NCBI GenBank assembly: GCA_965223415.1
Contig: OZ245002.1
Span: forward strand, 1,632,001 to 1,696,000
Origin: Myxococcota bacterium
GTDB taxonomy: Bacteria > Myxococcota_A > UBA9160 > UBA6930
Direction of reading: 5' to 3'
Length of the DNA: 64,000 nt
Below, piece after piece: positions 56,660 to 64,000 of the stretch. Numbering within the stretch: the first letter of the stretch is position 1; the number at the start of each line of letters is the position of its first letter. A model generated the notes under the pieces. It made no database searches and was not told the origin of the DNA. It saw only the letters and a list, made by a program, of their open reading frames with translations. Both the position numbers and the translations under genes were made by a program.

Positions 56660-57183
56660 GCAAGGCCGCCGAGGCGCTGGCGGCGCTGCGCCGGCTCCAC
56701 GACGAGGTCGACCGGCGTGTCGCGGCCCTGGGCCCGCGACACGGCAGCCGCCTCCAATGCCGGCGCGGCTGCGCGGCCTGCTGTGTCGACGACCTGACCG
56801 TCTCCCAGATCGAGGCCCAGCGCATCCGGCGGGCGCACCGGCGACTGCTGGAGGAAGGCGCTCCGCACGGGCGCGGCGCCTGCGCCTTCCTTTCGGAGGG
56901 CGGCGCATGCCGCATCTACCCGGACCGCCCCTACGTCTGCCGAACCCAGGGCCTGCCGCTGCGCTGGATGGAGGAGGATGCCTCGGGCCGCATCCGCGAG
57001 CAGCGCGACGTCTGCGAGCTGAACCTGCCCGGGCCACCGCTCGCGAGCCTGGAGGAGGAAGCCTGCTGGACCCTCGGTCCGACGGAGCTCGAGCTCGACC
57101 GCATCGAGCGCGAGTGGCGGCCGGGCCCCCAGCGGCGCATCCGCCTACGCGACCTCTTCGCGCGGCCTCAGCCCTCGACCTGA
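56656..57183 (+). CDS. YkgJ family cysteine-cluster (CxxxCxxCC) protein
   Basis: CRRGCAACC, CAFL...GACRIYPDRPYVCRTQG; start CTG at 56656 (CTGA overlap) or GTG at 56620. Confidence 0.85.
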   Translation: MSKAAEALAALRRLHDEVDRRVAALGPRHGSRLQCRRGCAACCVDDLTVSQIEAQRIRRAHRRLLEEGAPHGRGACAFLSEGGACRIYPDRPYVCRTQGLPLRWMEEDASGRIREQRDVCELNLPGPPLASLEEEACWTLGPTELELDRIEREWRPGPQRRIRLRDLFARPQPST

Positions 57184-57530
57184 CCGCCCCGCGCCCGGCA
57201 CTCGTCCACGCGCATGAACGAGACCGCGCCGTTCAACCGACAGCCGACGATGTTGGTGTTCTTCGGGCCGGAGGTGATGGTCCGGGCCTCCTTCCACCAC
57301 TCGCTCACGTCGGGAACCTTCTCCTTCCAGGAGGACGACGAGTCGGGCTTCGCGGCCTCGGGCGCCGTGGCCTTCGGCGCCGCCGCCTGGGGCGACGCGG
57401 CCGGCCGACCCTCCGAGTTCCCGCCGTAGCGCTCGAGCTCCGCCTGCCCCCACTCGAGCTCGTCCAGCACGAAGCAGCCCGAGAGGCCGGTGGCCAGGAG
57501 GGCGAGGACCAGGAGACGGAAGAGAGCCAT
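57168..57530 (-). CDS. Hypothetical lipoprotein
   Basis: MALFRLLVLALLATGLSG-C lipobox; C-terminal C...C pair. Confidence 0.7.
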   Translation of the reverse strand: MALFRLLVLALLATGLSGCFVLDELEWGQAELERYGGNSEGRPAASPQAAAPKATAPEAAKPDSSSSWKEKVPDVSEWWKEARTITSGPKNTNIVGCRLNGAVSFMRVDECRARGGQVEG

Positions 57531-57608
57531 GTCGGACTCTTCGGCCGGCCGGGGCTGGTGCCTTTGTGACGGAAGGTCCAAGGGCGGGAGAGGTGCTGCG
57601 AGGCCGGC

Positions 57609-57782
57609 GTATACACTGCTGGGTGGGTTCTCCGGGGGATCGTTGCCGATCGATGAACCCCGTTTTCCATATAAATTTCCAGTGATTATGGAGGCTTTTG
57701 CGCATCGCCATCCGAACGAGTCTTGACGCAATGTGATTTTGGATGTATTTGTTCGTATACTTTTCATTTCGTTGGAGATCGA
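57609..57782. promoter_or_regulatory. AT-rich divergent promoter region of the psp operon
   Basis: TTGACG at 57723, TATACT at 57756, GTATAC palindromes at 57609 and 57755. Confidence 0.45.
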
Positions 57783-58295
57783 ATGTCGTCCAAGAGCGTC
57801 CCTCTGAGCGTCCGGATCACCCCGGACGATGCGGAGTTCCTGGCCCGGCTTCGCGTCGATCAGGCCGCCACCCCCAGCGAGAAGCTCCGGGCCCTGGTCC
57901 GTGAGGAGCGCAGGCGCCGCGAGGGCTATCGCTCCTACGGCCGCGTGCTGCGCCTCACCAGCGAGACCCTCGCGCCCACCCTCGAGCGCATCCGGACCGC
58001 CGAGAACACCCATCGCATCCACTCGGAGCTCGTGCACACCGTCGAGGAGTGGCTGCCGGACCTGATGGCCTTCGTGCTCACGTCGATGGCGGAGACGCCC
58101 GAGGGCGACGAGCGCCAAGCGCTCCTCGACATGGAAGACGCCCTCGCCGATCGGGTCTTCCGCCTCGTCGAAGCCGTGCTTCGCCTAGCCGTCACCCGAC
58201 AGGTACGCGGCTACGACCCGGACGTCGTGGCGCGACGCATCGGACCCATCCTGGAGCTGGCGGAGCTGATCCGGCGCGCCAGCGACGATTCCTGA
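57783..58295 (+). CDS. Putative regulator with N-terminal ribbon-helix-helix-like segment
   Basis: VPLSVRITPDDAEFL...TPSEKLRALV beta-alpha-alpha pattern; first gene of the psp operon. Confidence 0.7.
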   Translation: MSSKSVPLSVRITPDDAEFLARLRVDQAATPSEKLRALVREERRRREGYRSYGRVLRLTSETLAPTLERIRTAENTHRIHSELVHTVEEWLPDLMAFVLTSMAETPEGDERQALLDMEDALADRVFRLVEAVLRLAVTRQVRGYDPDVVARRIGPILELAELIRRASDDS

Positions 58296-58321
58296 AGACG
58301 AACCGCGAGAGGAGAACGAGC

Positions 58322-58987
58322 ATGGCCGAGTCGTTGGCATCACGAGTGGGACGCATCGTGAGCGGAAGTGTGCACGCCCTGGTGAAGGCAATGGAGGACG
58401 CGGCGCCGGAAGCCGTGCTCGAGCAGGCTATCCGGGAGGTGGAGGCCGCCACCGATGACGTGCGGGCCGAGCTGGGTCGTGAGCTGGCGAAGAAGCACCT
58501 GGCGAGCACGCGCCTCGCCGAAGAGAGCCGACGCCACGAGGACCTCGCCGAGAAGCTCGAGCTCGCCCTGAAGGAGGAACGGGAGGATCTCGCGGAGGCC
58601 GCCGCGGCGCGGCAGCTCGACATCGAGGCGCAGATCCCGGTCCTCGAGCGCACGCTCGCCGATTGCGGAGACCGGGAGAAGGAGCTCGAAGGTTTCGTCG
58701 CCGCCCTCCAAGCGCGGAAGCGCGACATGGCGGAAGAGCTGCGCGGCTTCATCGAAAGCCGCACGAGCGCGAGCCCCCGCGCAGACGCCGCCAGTGCGAA
58801 CCCCACCAAGCGGGTCGAGAAGGCCGCGAGCGCGTTCGAGAAGGTCCTCGAGCGAAATGCTGGCGTCGCCGGCGGCCGCGAGGGTCTGGAACATGCGACC
58901 AAGCTCCAGGAGCTGGAGGACCTCGCGCGGAAGAATCGGGTCCGGGAGCGCCTCGAGGCTGCCCGCGCCCGAATGGACCAGAGCTGA
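58322..58987 (+). CDS. pspA: PspA/IM30 family protein
   Basis: Coiled coil, MEDAAPEAVLEQAIRE, REDLAEAA; about 220 aa. Confidence 0.88.
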   Translation: MAESLASRVGRIVSGSVHALVKAMEDAAPEAVLEQAIREVEAATDDVRAELGRELAKKHLASTRLAEESRRHEDLAEKLELALKEEREDLAEAAAARQLDIEAQIPVLERTLADCGDREKELEGFVAALQARKRDMAEELRGFIESRTSASPRADAASANPTKRVEKAASAFEKVLERNAGVAGGREGLEHATKLQELEDLARKNRVRERLEAARARMDQS

Positions 58988-59009
58988 GGAAGGAAGGAGA
59001 AGCATCCGC

Positions 59010-59705
59010 ATGCTCGAGTTCCTGCTGCTGCCGCAGAACTTCCCCTTCAGCGTCGCGCTGGCGGTGATGCTGGGGATCGCGGTGATGGAGGGAGTCGGCA
59101 CGCTCTTCGGAGCGGGCCTCTCCTCGCTGCTCGACTCCTTGATCCCGGACTTCGACGTGGACGTCGACCTGGATCTCGATGCGGACGCGGACCAGGCGGG
59201 CGCCATGGGCCACGGCTTCTTCACCGGCGTGCTCGGCTGGCTGCAGGTGGGTAGGGTTCCGGTTCTCGTCCTGCTGGTGATCTTCCTGACCGGCTTCGGA
59301 CTGATCGGCCTGGCCGTGCAGGGCTTCGTCCACGGGCTCCTGGGCCTGGCGTTGCCGAGTGTCGTGGCGGCCGTCCCGGCGTTCCTGGGCGCGATGCCGG
59401 TGGTCCGCGTCGCCGGGGGGCTCGTGGCTCGGCTCGTCCCGAAGGAAGAGACGGCGGCGGTCTCGCGGGAGAGCTTCGTGGGCCGCGTCGCGACGATCGT
59501 GCTGGGAACCGCCGCCACCGGCGCGCCGGCCCAGGCCCGCCTGCGCGATACCCACGGCCGCACCCACTACGTGATGGTCGAGCCGGATATGGATGGCGAG
59601 ACCTTCTCGGCTGGCGAGTCCGTACTCCTCGTCCGCAGTGCCGGCCCGAGATTCCGCGTGATCGCACCACCTAGCGACACGCTTCTTGCGAACGAAGACG
59701 AATGA
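59010..59705 (+). CDS. yqiJ: YqiJ-like membrane protein (NfeD-like OB fold)
   Basis: N.PFSVAL, WLQVGRVP, GR.ATI..GTA..G.PAQAR.RD.HG.THYVMVEP. Confidence 0.85.
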   Translation: MLEFLLLPQNFPFSVALAVMLGIAVMEGVGTLFGAGLSSLLDSLIPDFDVDVDLDLDADADQAGAMGHGFFTGVLGWLQVGRVPVLVLLVIFLTGFGLIGLAVQGFVHGLLGLALPSVVAAVPAFLGAMPVVRVAGGLVARLVPKEETAAVSRESFVGRVATIVLGTAATGAPAQARLRDTHGRTHYVMVEPDMDGETFSAGESVLLVRSAGPRFRVIAPPSDTLLANEDE

Positions 59706-59724
59706 AACGGATGGAAGGACTCAC

Positions 59725-61506
59725 ATGATCGACGGTTTCTCTGTACTTGCCTCGGCCCTCGTCGCGCTGATCGCCCTCGCGACGGTCGGCATGATCGTCG
59801 CGCGGCTCTATCGGCGCGCTTCCAAGGAGCTCGCCTACGTGCGAACCGGCTTCGGAGGGCAGCGGGTCATCATGGACGGTGGCGCGCTGGTCTTCCCCGT
59901 GTTGCACGAGGTGATCCCGGTCAACATGAACACGATCCGGCTGGAGGTGCGACGCTCCCAGGCCGGCGCACTCATTACCCACGACCGGATGCGCGTCGAC
60001 GTGGCCGCAGAGTTCTACGTGCGGGTGAAGCCCACGGAAGAGGCCATCGCCGATGCGGCCCAGACCCTGGGCCGGCGCACGCTCGACCCCGAGAACCTCA
60101 AGGAGCTGGTGGAGGGCAAGTTCGTGGACGCCCTCCGGGCCGTGGCCGCCGAGATGGCCATGGAGGAGCTCCACGAGCAGCGTGTGGACTTCGTCCAGAA
60201 GGTGCAGACCGCCGTCTCCGAGGACCTGCTGAAGAACGGCCTCGAGCTCGAAACCGTCTCCCTCACCTCGCTCGACCAGACCGATCGCGACTACTTCAAC
60301 CCCAACAACGCCTTCGACGCCCAGGGCCTCACCAAGCTCACGGAGGAGATCGAGGCTCGCCGCAAGCAGCGCAACGACATCGAGCGCGATACCGAGGTAG
60401 CGGTCCAGCAGAAGAACCTGGACACGGAGCGCGAGAGCCTGGAGATCAGGAAGCAGGAAGAGTACGCGCGACTCGCCCAGGAGCAGGCGGTCGAGGTCGA
60501 GCGGGCACGGCAGTCCGCGGACATCGCGAAGGAGCAAGCCGACCAGCAGCGTGCCGCCGACCAGGCGAAGATCAGCGCCCACCAGCAGGTGGAGCAGGCG
60601 CAGATCTCCGCCGACCGCGCGGTCGAGGAGCAGCGCATCGACAAGGAGCGCCAGATCCGAGAGGCGGACATCGAACGTCTGCGCCGGGTCGAGGTGGCGG
60701 ACGTCGAGAAGCGCAAGAGCATCGAGCTCACGGACCAGGATCGTTCGATCGCGATCGCCGAAAAGAGCCGCGAGCAGTCCGTGGCGGAGGCCGAGGCAGA
60801 CCGGGCGCGGGCCCTGTCGACGGAGGCCGAGGAGGCCGTGGTCACCGTCCGCGAGAACGCCAAGGCCGAGCGCCAGAAGCTGATCGAGCTGGTCGAGGCC
60901 AGGAAGCAGGCCGAGCGCGATGCCATCGCCGTGACCGTGGCCGCCGATGCCGAGAAGGCGGCGGCCGTCGACCAGGCGGAGGCCGTTCGAACCCTCGCCG
61001 AGGGACGGGCCAGCGAGCAGCGCATCGCGGCGGACGCCGACGCCGACGCGGAGCGCGCGCGCGCCGAGGCGGCGCGGGTCCGCTACGAGGTGGATGCCCA
61101 GGGCCAGACGAACCTGCACCAGGCCGAGAACCTGCTCTCGAGCGAGATCGTCGGAATGCGCATCAAGCTCGCGTTGATCGAGCACCTGGACAAGATCATC
61201 GCCGAGAGCGTGAAGCCGATGGAGGCCATCGAAGGCATCAAGATCATCCAGGTAGACGGCTTCGGTGCCGCAGCGGGTGTGAACGGTGGCGGTGGTGGCC
61301 TCGCGGCCCAGGCTGCGGGCGGAGGCGAAGGCAACCTCGCCGACCAGGCCGTGAGTGCCGCACTGCGCTACCGGGCGCAGGCGCCGCTGCTCGATTCGCT
61401 ACTCCAGGAGGTCGGCATCGACGGCGGCAACCTGAACGGCCTCACCGATGCCCTTCGGGAGACCCATGGCGCTGCCGGTGAGGCGGAAGACGGGACGGCG
61501 CACTGA
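59725..61506 (+). CDS. yqiK: Flotillin/SPFH (YqiK-like) protein
   Basis: N-terminal TM, LYRRASKE.AYVRTG.GG, LITHDRMRVDV.AEFYVRV, AAQTLG, long coiled coil, SAALRYRAQAP. Confidence 0.92.
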   Translation: MIDGFSVLASALVALIALATVGMIVARLYRRASKELAYVRTGFGGQRVIMDGGALVFPVLHEVIPVNMNTIRLEVRRSQAGALITHDRMRVDVAAEFYVRVKPTEEAIADAAQTLGRRTLDPENLKELVEGKFVDALRAVAAEMAMEELHEQRVDFVQKVQTAVSEDLLKNGLELETVSLTSLDQTDRDYFNPNNAFDAQGLTKLTEEIEARRKQRNDIERDTEVAVQQKNLDTERESLEIRKQEEYARLAQEQAVEVERARQSADIAKEQADQQRAADQAKISAHQQVEQAQISADRAVEEQRIDKERQIREADIERLRRVEVADVEKRKSIELTDQDRSIAIAEKSREQSVAEAEADRARALSTEAEEAVVTVRENAKAERQKLIELVEARKQAERDAIAVTVAADAEKAAAVDQAEAVRTLAEGRASEQRIAADADADAERARAEAARVRYEVDAQGQTNLHQAENLLSSEIVGMRIKLALIEHLDKIIAESVKPMEAIEGIKIIQVDGFGAAAGVNGGGGGLAAQAAGGGEGNLADQAVSAALRYRAQAPLLDSLLQEVGIDGGNLNGLTDALRETHGAAGEAEDGTAH

Positions 61507-61542
61507 GTCGCCGCCGAGCGCACCCTGGAGATCGCCGAAGGC

Positions 61543-62334
61543 CTAGCCCGTCGCGAACCAGATGTGCCCGGCGGTGTGCCCGCCGTCCACCATGTACTCG
61601 GCGCCGTTGCAGAAGGCGGCCTCGTCGGACGCGAGGAAGAGGATCACGTTGGCGATGTCGCGGGGCGCGGCGTGCCGGCCGCCCATGACGCCGTGGTCGA
61701 GCCCCTTCACCTCGAGCTTCTCGCCTGCGGCGACCCGCTTGCTGAGGTTCTCGGTGAAGCCCTCCGTGAGCTCCCGGTTGCCGCCGGCGGGGCACACCAG
61801 GTTCACGCGGATGCCCTTCTGGCCGAGCTCGAGGGCCGCGCACTTGGTGAAACCGCGAAGGCCGAACTTCGAGGCGCCGTAGGGCGCCACCCAGCCCATT
61901 CCCTCCATGGCGTCGATCGAGCCGAGGTTCACGATGGCCCCGGCGCCCTTCGCCTCCATGTCGGGCAGCACGGTCCGGGTTCCGATCATCGGGCCGATCA
62001 GGTTCACGTCGAGGATGTTGCGGGCGACCTCCACGTCCAGCTCGGCGATCGGCCGCACGTCGAGGACGGCGGCGTTGTTGACGAGCACGTCCACCGGGCC
62101 GAAGCGCTCGTGGACGGCCTCCAGCGCGCGGGCCCAGTCCCCCTCGCGGCGCACGTCCAGGTGCTGGAAGAAGGCCGAGGCGCCGAGCCCGCCGGCGTGG
62201 CCTTCCCCTCGCTCGTCGAGGACATCCGCCACGCAGACCTTCGCGCCGTGCTCGGCCAGGAGCCTCGCGGTCTCCGCGCCGGTGCCCCGGGCCGCCCCGG
62301 TCACGATCGCCACCTTGCCGTCCATCCGTCCCAT
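61543..62334 (-). CDS. SDR oxidoreductase (hydroxysteroid dehydrogenase-like)
   Basis: TGAARGTG, NNAA, YGASK, VDGG. Confidence 0.92.
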   Translation of the reverse strand: MGRMDGKVAIVTGAARGTGAETARLLAEHGAKVCVADVLDERGEGHAGGLGASAFFQHLDVRREGDWARALEAVHERFGPVDVLVNNAAVLDVRPIAELDVEVARNILDVNLIGPMIGTRTVLPDMEAKGAGAIVNLGSIDAMEGMGWVAPYGASKFGLRGFTKCAALELGQKGIRVNLVCPAGGNRELTEGFTENLSKRVAAGEKLEVKGLDHGVMGGRHAAPRDIANVILFLASDEAAFCNGAEYMVDGGHTAGHIWFATG

Positions 62335-62390
62335 GCAGAGGTCCTCCACGCCCCGGTGTAGCCCACCCGCGGGCGCGGTACGATCCTCCC

Positions 62391-62672
62391 ATGTGCCGCA
62401 ACATCAAGACCCTCTTCAACTTCGAGCCGCCCGCCACGGACGAAGAGGTGCGCGACGCCTCCATCCAGTTCGTCCGCAAGCTCTCGGGCTTCACGAAGCC
62501 GTCGAAGGCCAACGAGGAGGCCTTCCTGCTGGCCGTGGACCGCGTCTCAGCCGCGTCCCAGAGCCTGCTCGACTCCCTCGTCACCAACGCCCCGCCGAGG
62601 GATCGCGAGATCGAAGCCGCGAAGGCCCGCGCCCGCGCGGCCAAGCGCTTCGGCACCGCCACTCCGGCCTAG
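62391..62672 (+). CDS. DUF2277 family protein
   Basis: MCRNIKTLFNFEPPAT.EEV..ASIQFVRKLSG. Confidence 0.88.
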   Translation: MCRNIKTLFNFEPPATDEEVRDASIQFVRKLSGFTKPSKANEEAFLLAVDRVSAASQSLLDSLVTNAPPRDREIEAAKARARAAKRFGTATPA

Positions 62673-62681
62673 GAGGAGCCC

Positions 62682-63014
62682 GTGGCCCGACTCTCGACCG
62701 ACAACGGCGTCTTCACCGTGCTCGTCGAGTTCCACACCACCCCAGAGACGCAGGGCGAGGTGCTCGACACGCTGATCGCCGGCGCCGATCTCTTCCCTTC
62801 CCAGCCGGGCTTCGTCTCCCAGCACTTCCACCGCAGCCACGACGGCGCCCGGGTGCTCTGCTACGTGCAGTGGCGGTCGGAGGCGGACCACCTCGCCTGC
62901 TACCAGAGCCCCGACGTGGCCGCGCGCGGCAAGGCAGTGAACGACCTGGTCGAGTCGGGCAAAGCGACGATGGAGGTCCGGACCTACGACGTGGCCCACG
63001 GCACCGAGGCGTAG
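62682..63014 (+). CDS. Antibiotic biosynthesis monooxygenase (ABM) family protein
   Basis: QPGFVS..FHRS.DG.RV..YVQW.S; AGGAGG RBS. Confidence 0.85.
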   Translation: MARLSTDNGVFTVLVEFHTTPETQGEVLDTLIAGADLFPSQPGFVSQHFHRSHDGARVLCYVQWRSEADHLACYQSPDVAARGKAVNDLVESGKATMEVRTYDVAHGTEA

Positions 63015-63026
63015 GGGCCGCCGCCA

Positions 63027-63404
63027 TCAACGGGGCAGCTTGTCGACGGGAAAGGGCGGAGAGGCCATCGGGCGGGCGGCGATCGACATCAGCACGAGAC
63101 CGTTGTCGTCTCCGGCGATGCGGTTCACGCGGGTGATGTGACAGCTGCCGCAGCGATGCACCAGGCTCCACTCGCCGTCCGGGCGTACCCAGACGGCGAT
63201 CGGCTCCATGCCGCCGCCGCAGGCGGAGCGGCGGTCTCCGGGATGCTCGTCGAGGTGCGCGCTCCACAGGCACTGGGGGCAGTGGTTGCGGTGGCGCGTA
63301 CCGGGAGCGTCCAGCGGCACGTCGATGCGGCAGTGCTGGCAACGGAAGCTGTGGGCGCGGCGCTTCGGACGGCGGCCGCGGCGAGGCGAACGTCGGTCGT
63401 CCAT
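63027..63404 (-). CDS. RNHCP domain-containing protein
   Basis: F.C..C, RNHCP.CLWS.H.D..PGDR...CGG.MEP, HRC..C, NRIAGDDN. Confidence 0.92.
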   Translation of the reverse strand: MDDRRSPRRGRRPKRRAHSFRCQHCRIDVPLDAPGTRHRNHCPQCLWSAHLDEHPGDRRSACGGGMEPIAVWVRPDGEWSLVHRCGSCHITRVNRIAGDDNGLVLMSIAARPMASPPFPVDKLPR

Positions 63405-63481
63405 ACGGGCAGGCGACTCCAGGCGGACGGCCCTCCCGAGAGCCTCGGGACGGGACGTGGGTCCCTGCGCCGGACGGGCGA

Positions 63482-63544
63482 CTAGCGGCGGCGCGCGGAG
63501 TGGCGAAGGGACGGGGACGGCGTCATGGCCTGGATCGCAAGCAT
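63482..63544 (-). CDS. Putative leader peptide MLAIQAMTPSPSLRHSARRR (20 aa)
   Basis: Strong AAGGGAGG SD before ATG 63544; TAG at 63482; lies between the promoter and the RNHCP gene. Confidence 0.6.
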   Translation of the reverse strand: MLAIQAMTPSPSLRHSARRR

Positions 63545-63581
63545 CGAGTCCTCCCTTCGCGGCGTTCCTGCCGGGAGCCCG

Positions 63582-63610
63582 AGTATGGCCAGGGGCGACC
63601 CGGCCCGCAA
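63582..63610 (-). promoter_or_regulatory. Sigma70-type promoter for the leader/RNHCP transcript
   Basis: TTGCGG-N17-CATACT. Confidence 0.5.
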
Positions 63611-63612
63611 CG

Positions 63613-64000
63613 TCAGGAGAGCGACGCTCGCAGCCTCTCGAGCACCGCCTCCTCTTCGGCCGAGACCGGATCGCGCAGCCCGAGGAGCCCGCCGGCCGCC
63701 TCGGCGACGGCCCGGGTGGCGCCAGTGAGCCGGCGCGCGAAGGCGGCGCGCTCCCCGTCGTCGAGCTGCTCGCCCAGGGCCGCGACGAAGGCGTTCCAGG
63801 CCTCGAAGAGCCCGGGCGGCGGCGGATCGTAGGTCCAGATCCGCAGCAGGCGATGGCTCCACGAGTCCTCCCGGATGCCCTTGGCTTCCGCGCCGTGCAG
63901 GATGGCGTCCCGCTCCCGGCGGTCCATGCGGCCGTCGGCCCAGGCCACCTCGACCAGGGGCACCAGGGTGAAGGCGGCGAGGGTCTCGGCCCGGATGCCC
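63613..64000 (-). CDS. TerB-like (tellurite-resistance fold) protein, 5' end outside the window
   Basis: LVPLVEVAWADG.MD..ER..IL, VAEAAGGLLG, VSAEEEAVL. Confidence 0.75.
   Translation of the reverse strand, partial: GIRAETLAAFTLVPLVEVAWADGRMDRRERDAILHGAEAKGIREDSWSHRLLRIWTYDPPPPGLFEAWNAFVAALGEQLDDGERAAFARRLTGATRAVAEAAGGLLGLRDPVSAEEEAVLERLRASLS

Noticed and set aside
437..63862. Numerous long antisense and alternate-frame ORFs (e.g. 47420..50155 +, 43157..45502 +, 18083..20203 +, and the 5' extensions of 32455..35649 and 29695..32406)
   Set aside because: Shadow ORFs expected in high-GC DNA; low-complexity or motif-free translations overlapping well-supported genes
1..64000. tRNA, rRNA, transposase, integrase or prophage genes
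   Set aside because: None recognised by eye; a covariance-model scan was not possible, so small RNAs cannot be excluded

Overview
High-GC, gene-dense bacterial chromosomal DNA. A Myxococcota/deltaproteobacterial-like origin is inferred, not proven, from a MinD-HTH fusion, a Cys-Gly/hydrophobic/Arg-rich C-terminal tail and Thr-type sulfatase-like paralogues. About 63 CDS are supported. The left two thirds is dominated by lipid, terpenoid and aromatic catabolism: 6 acyl-CoA dehydrogenases, 3 crotonases, 2 Baeyer-Villiger-type monooxygenases, a P450, a Rieske oxygenase, a carotenoid oxygenase, a limonene-epoxide-hydrolase-like protein and an MhpA-like monooxygenase. Four TetR regulators each have candidate palindromic operators nearby. 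The right third carries signalling genes (hybrid kinase, STAND adenylate cyclase), secreted hydrolases and a regulator-pspA-yqiJ-yqiK membrane-stress operon. I saw no rRNA, tRNA, CRISPR array, integrase or transposase. Best hidden signals: (1) a peroxiredoxin split by the ORF caller at an in-frame UGA in the catalytic position and followed by a SECIS-like hairpin (a likely secreted selenoprotein); (2) a 20-aa Arg-ending leader peptide with its own promoter upstream of an RNHCP gene; (3) a KstR-type TnnAACnnGTTnnA box shared by the P450-Rieske operon and the carotenoid oxygenase/TetR pair; (4) an OLD-like ATPase-TOPRIM protein with degenerate catalytic motifs; (5) an orphan TIR-like gene; (6) a truncated hydrogenase-subunit remnant; (7) recurrent leaderless-type promoters. 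All family calls come from motif recognition by eye, with no database search.
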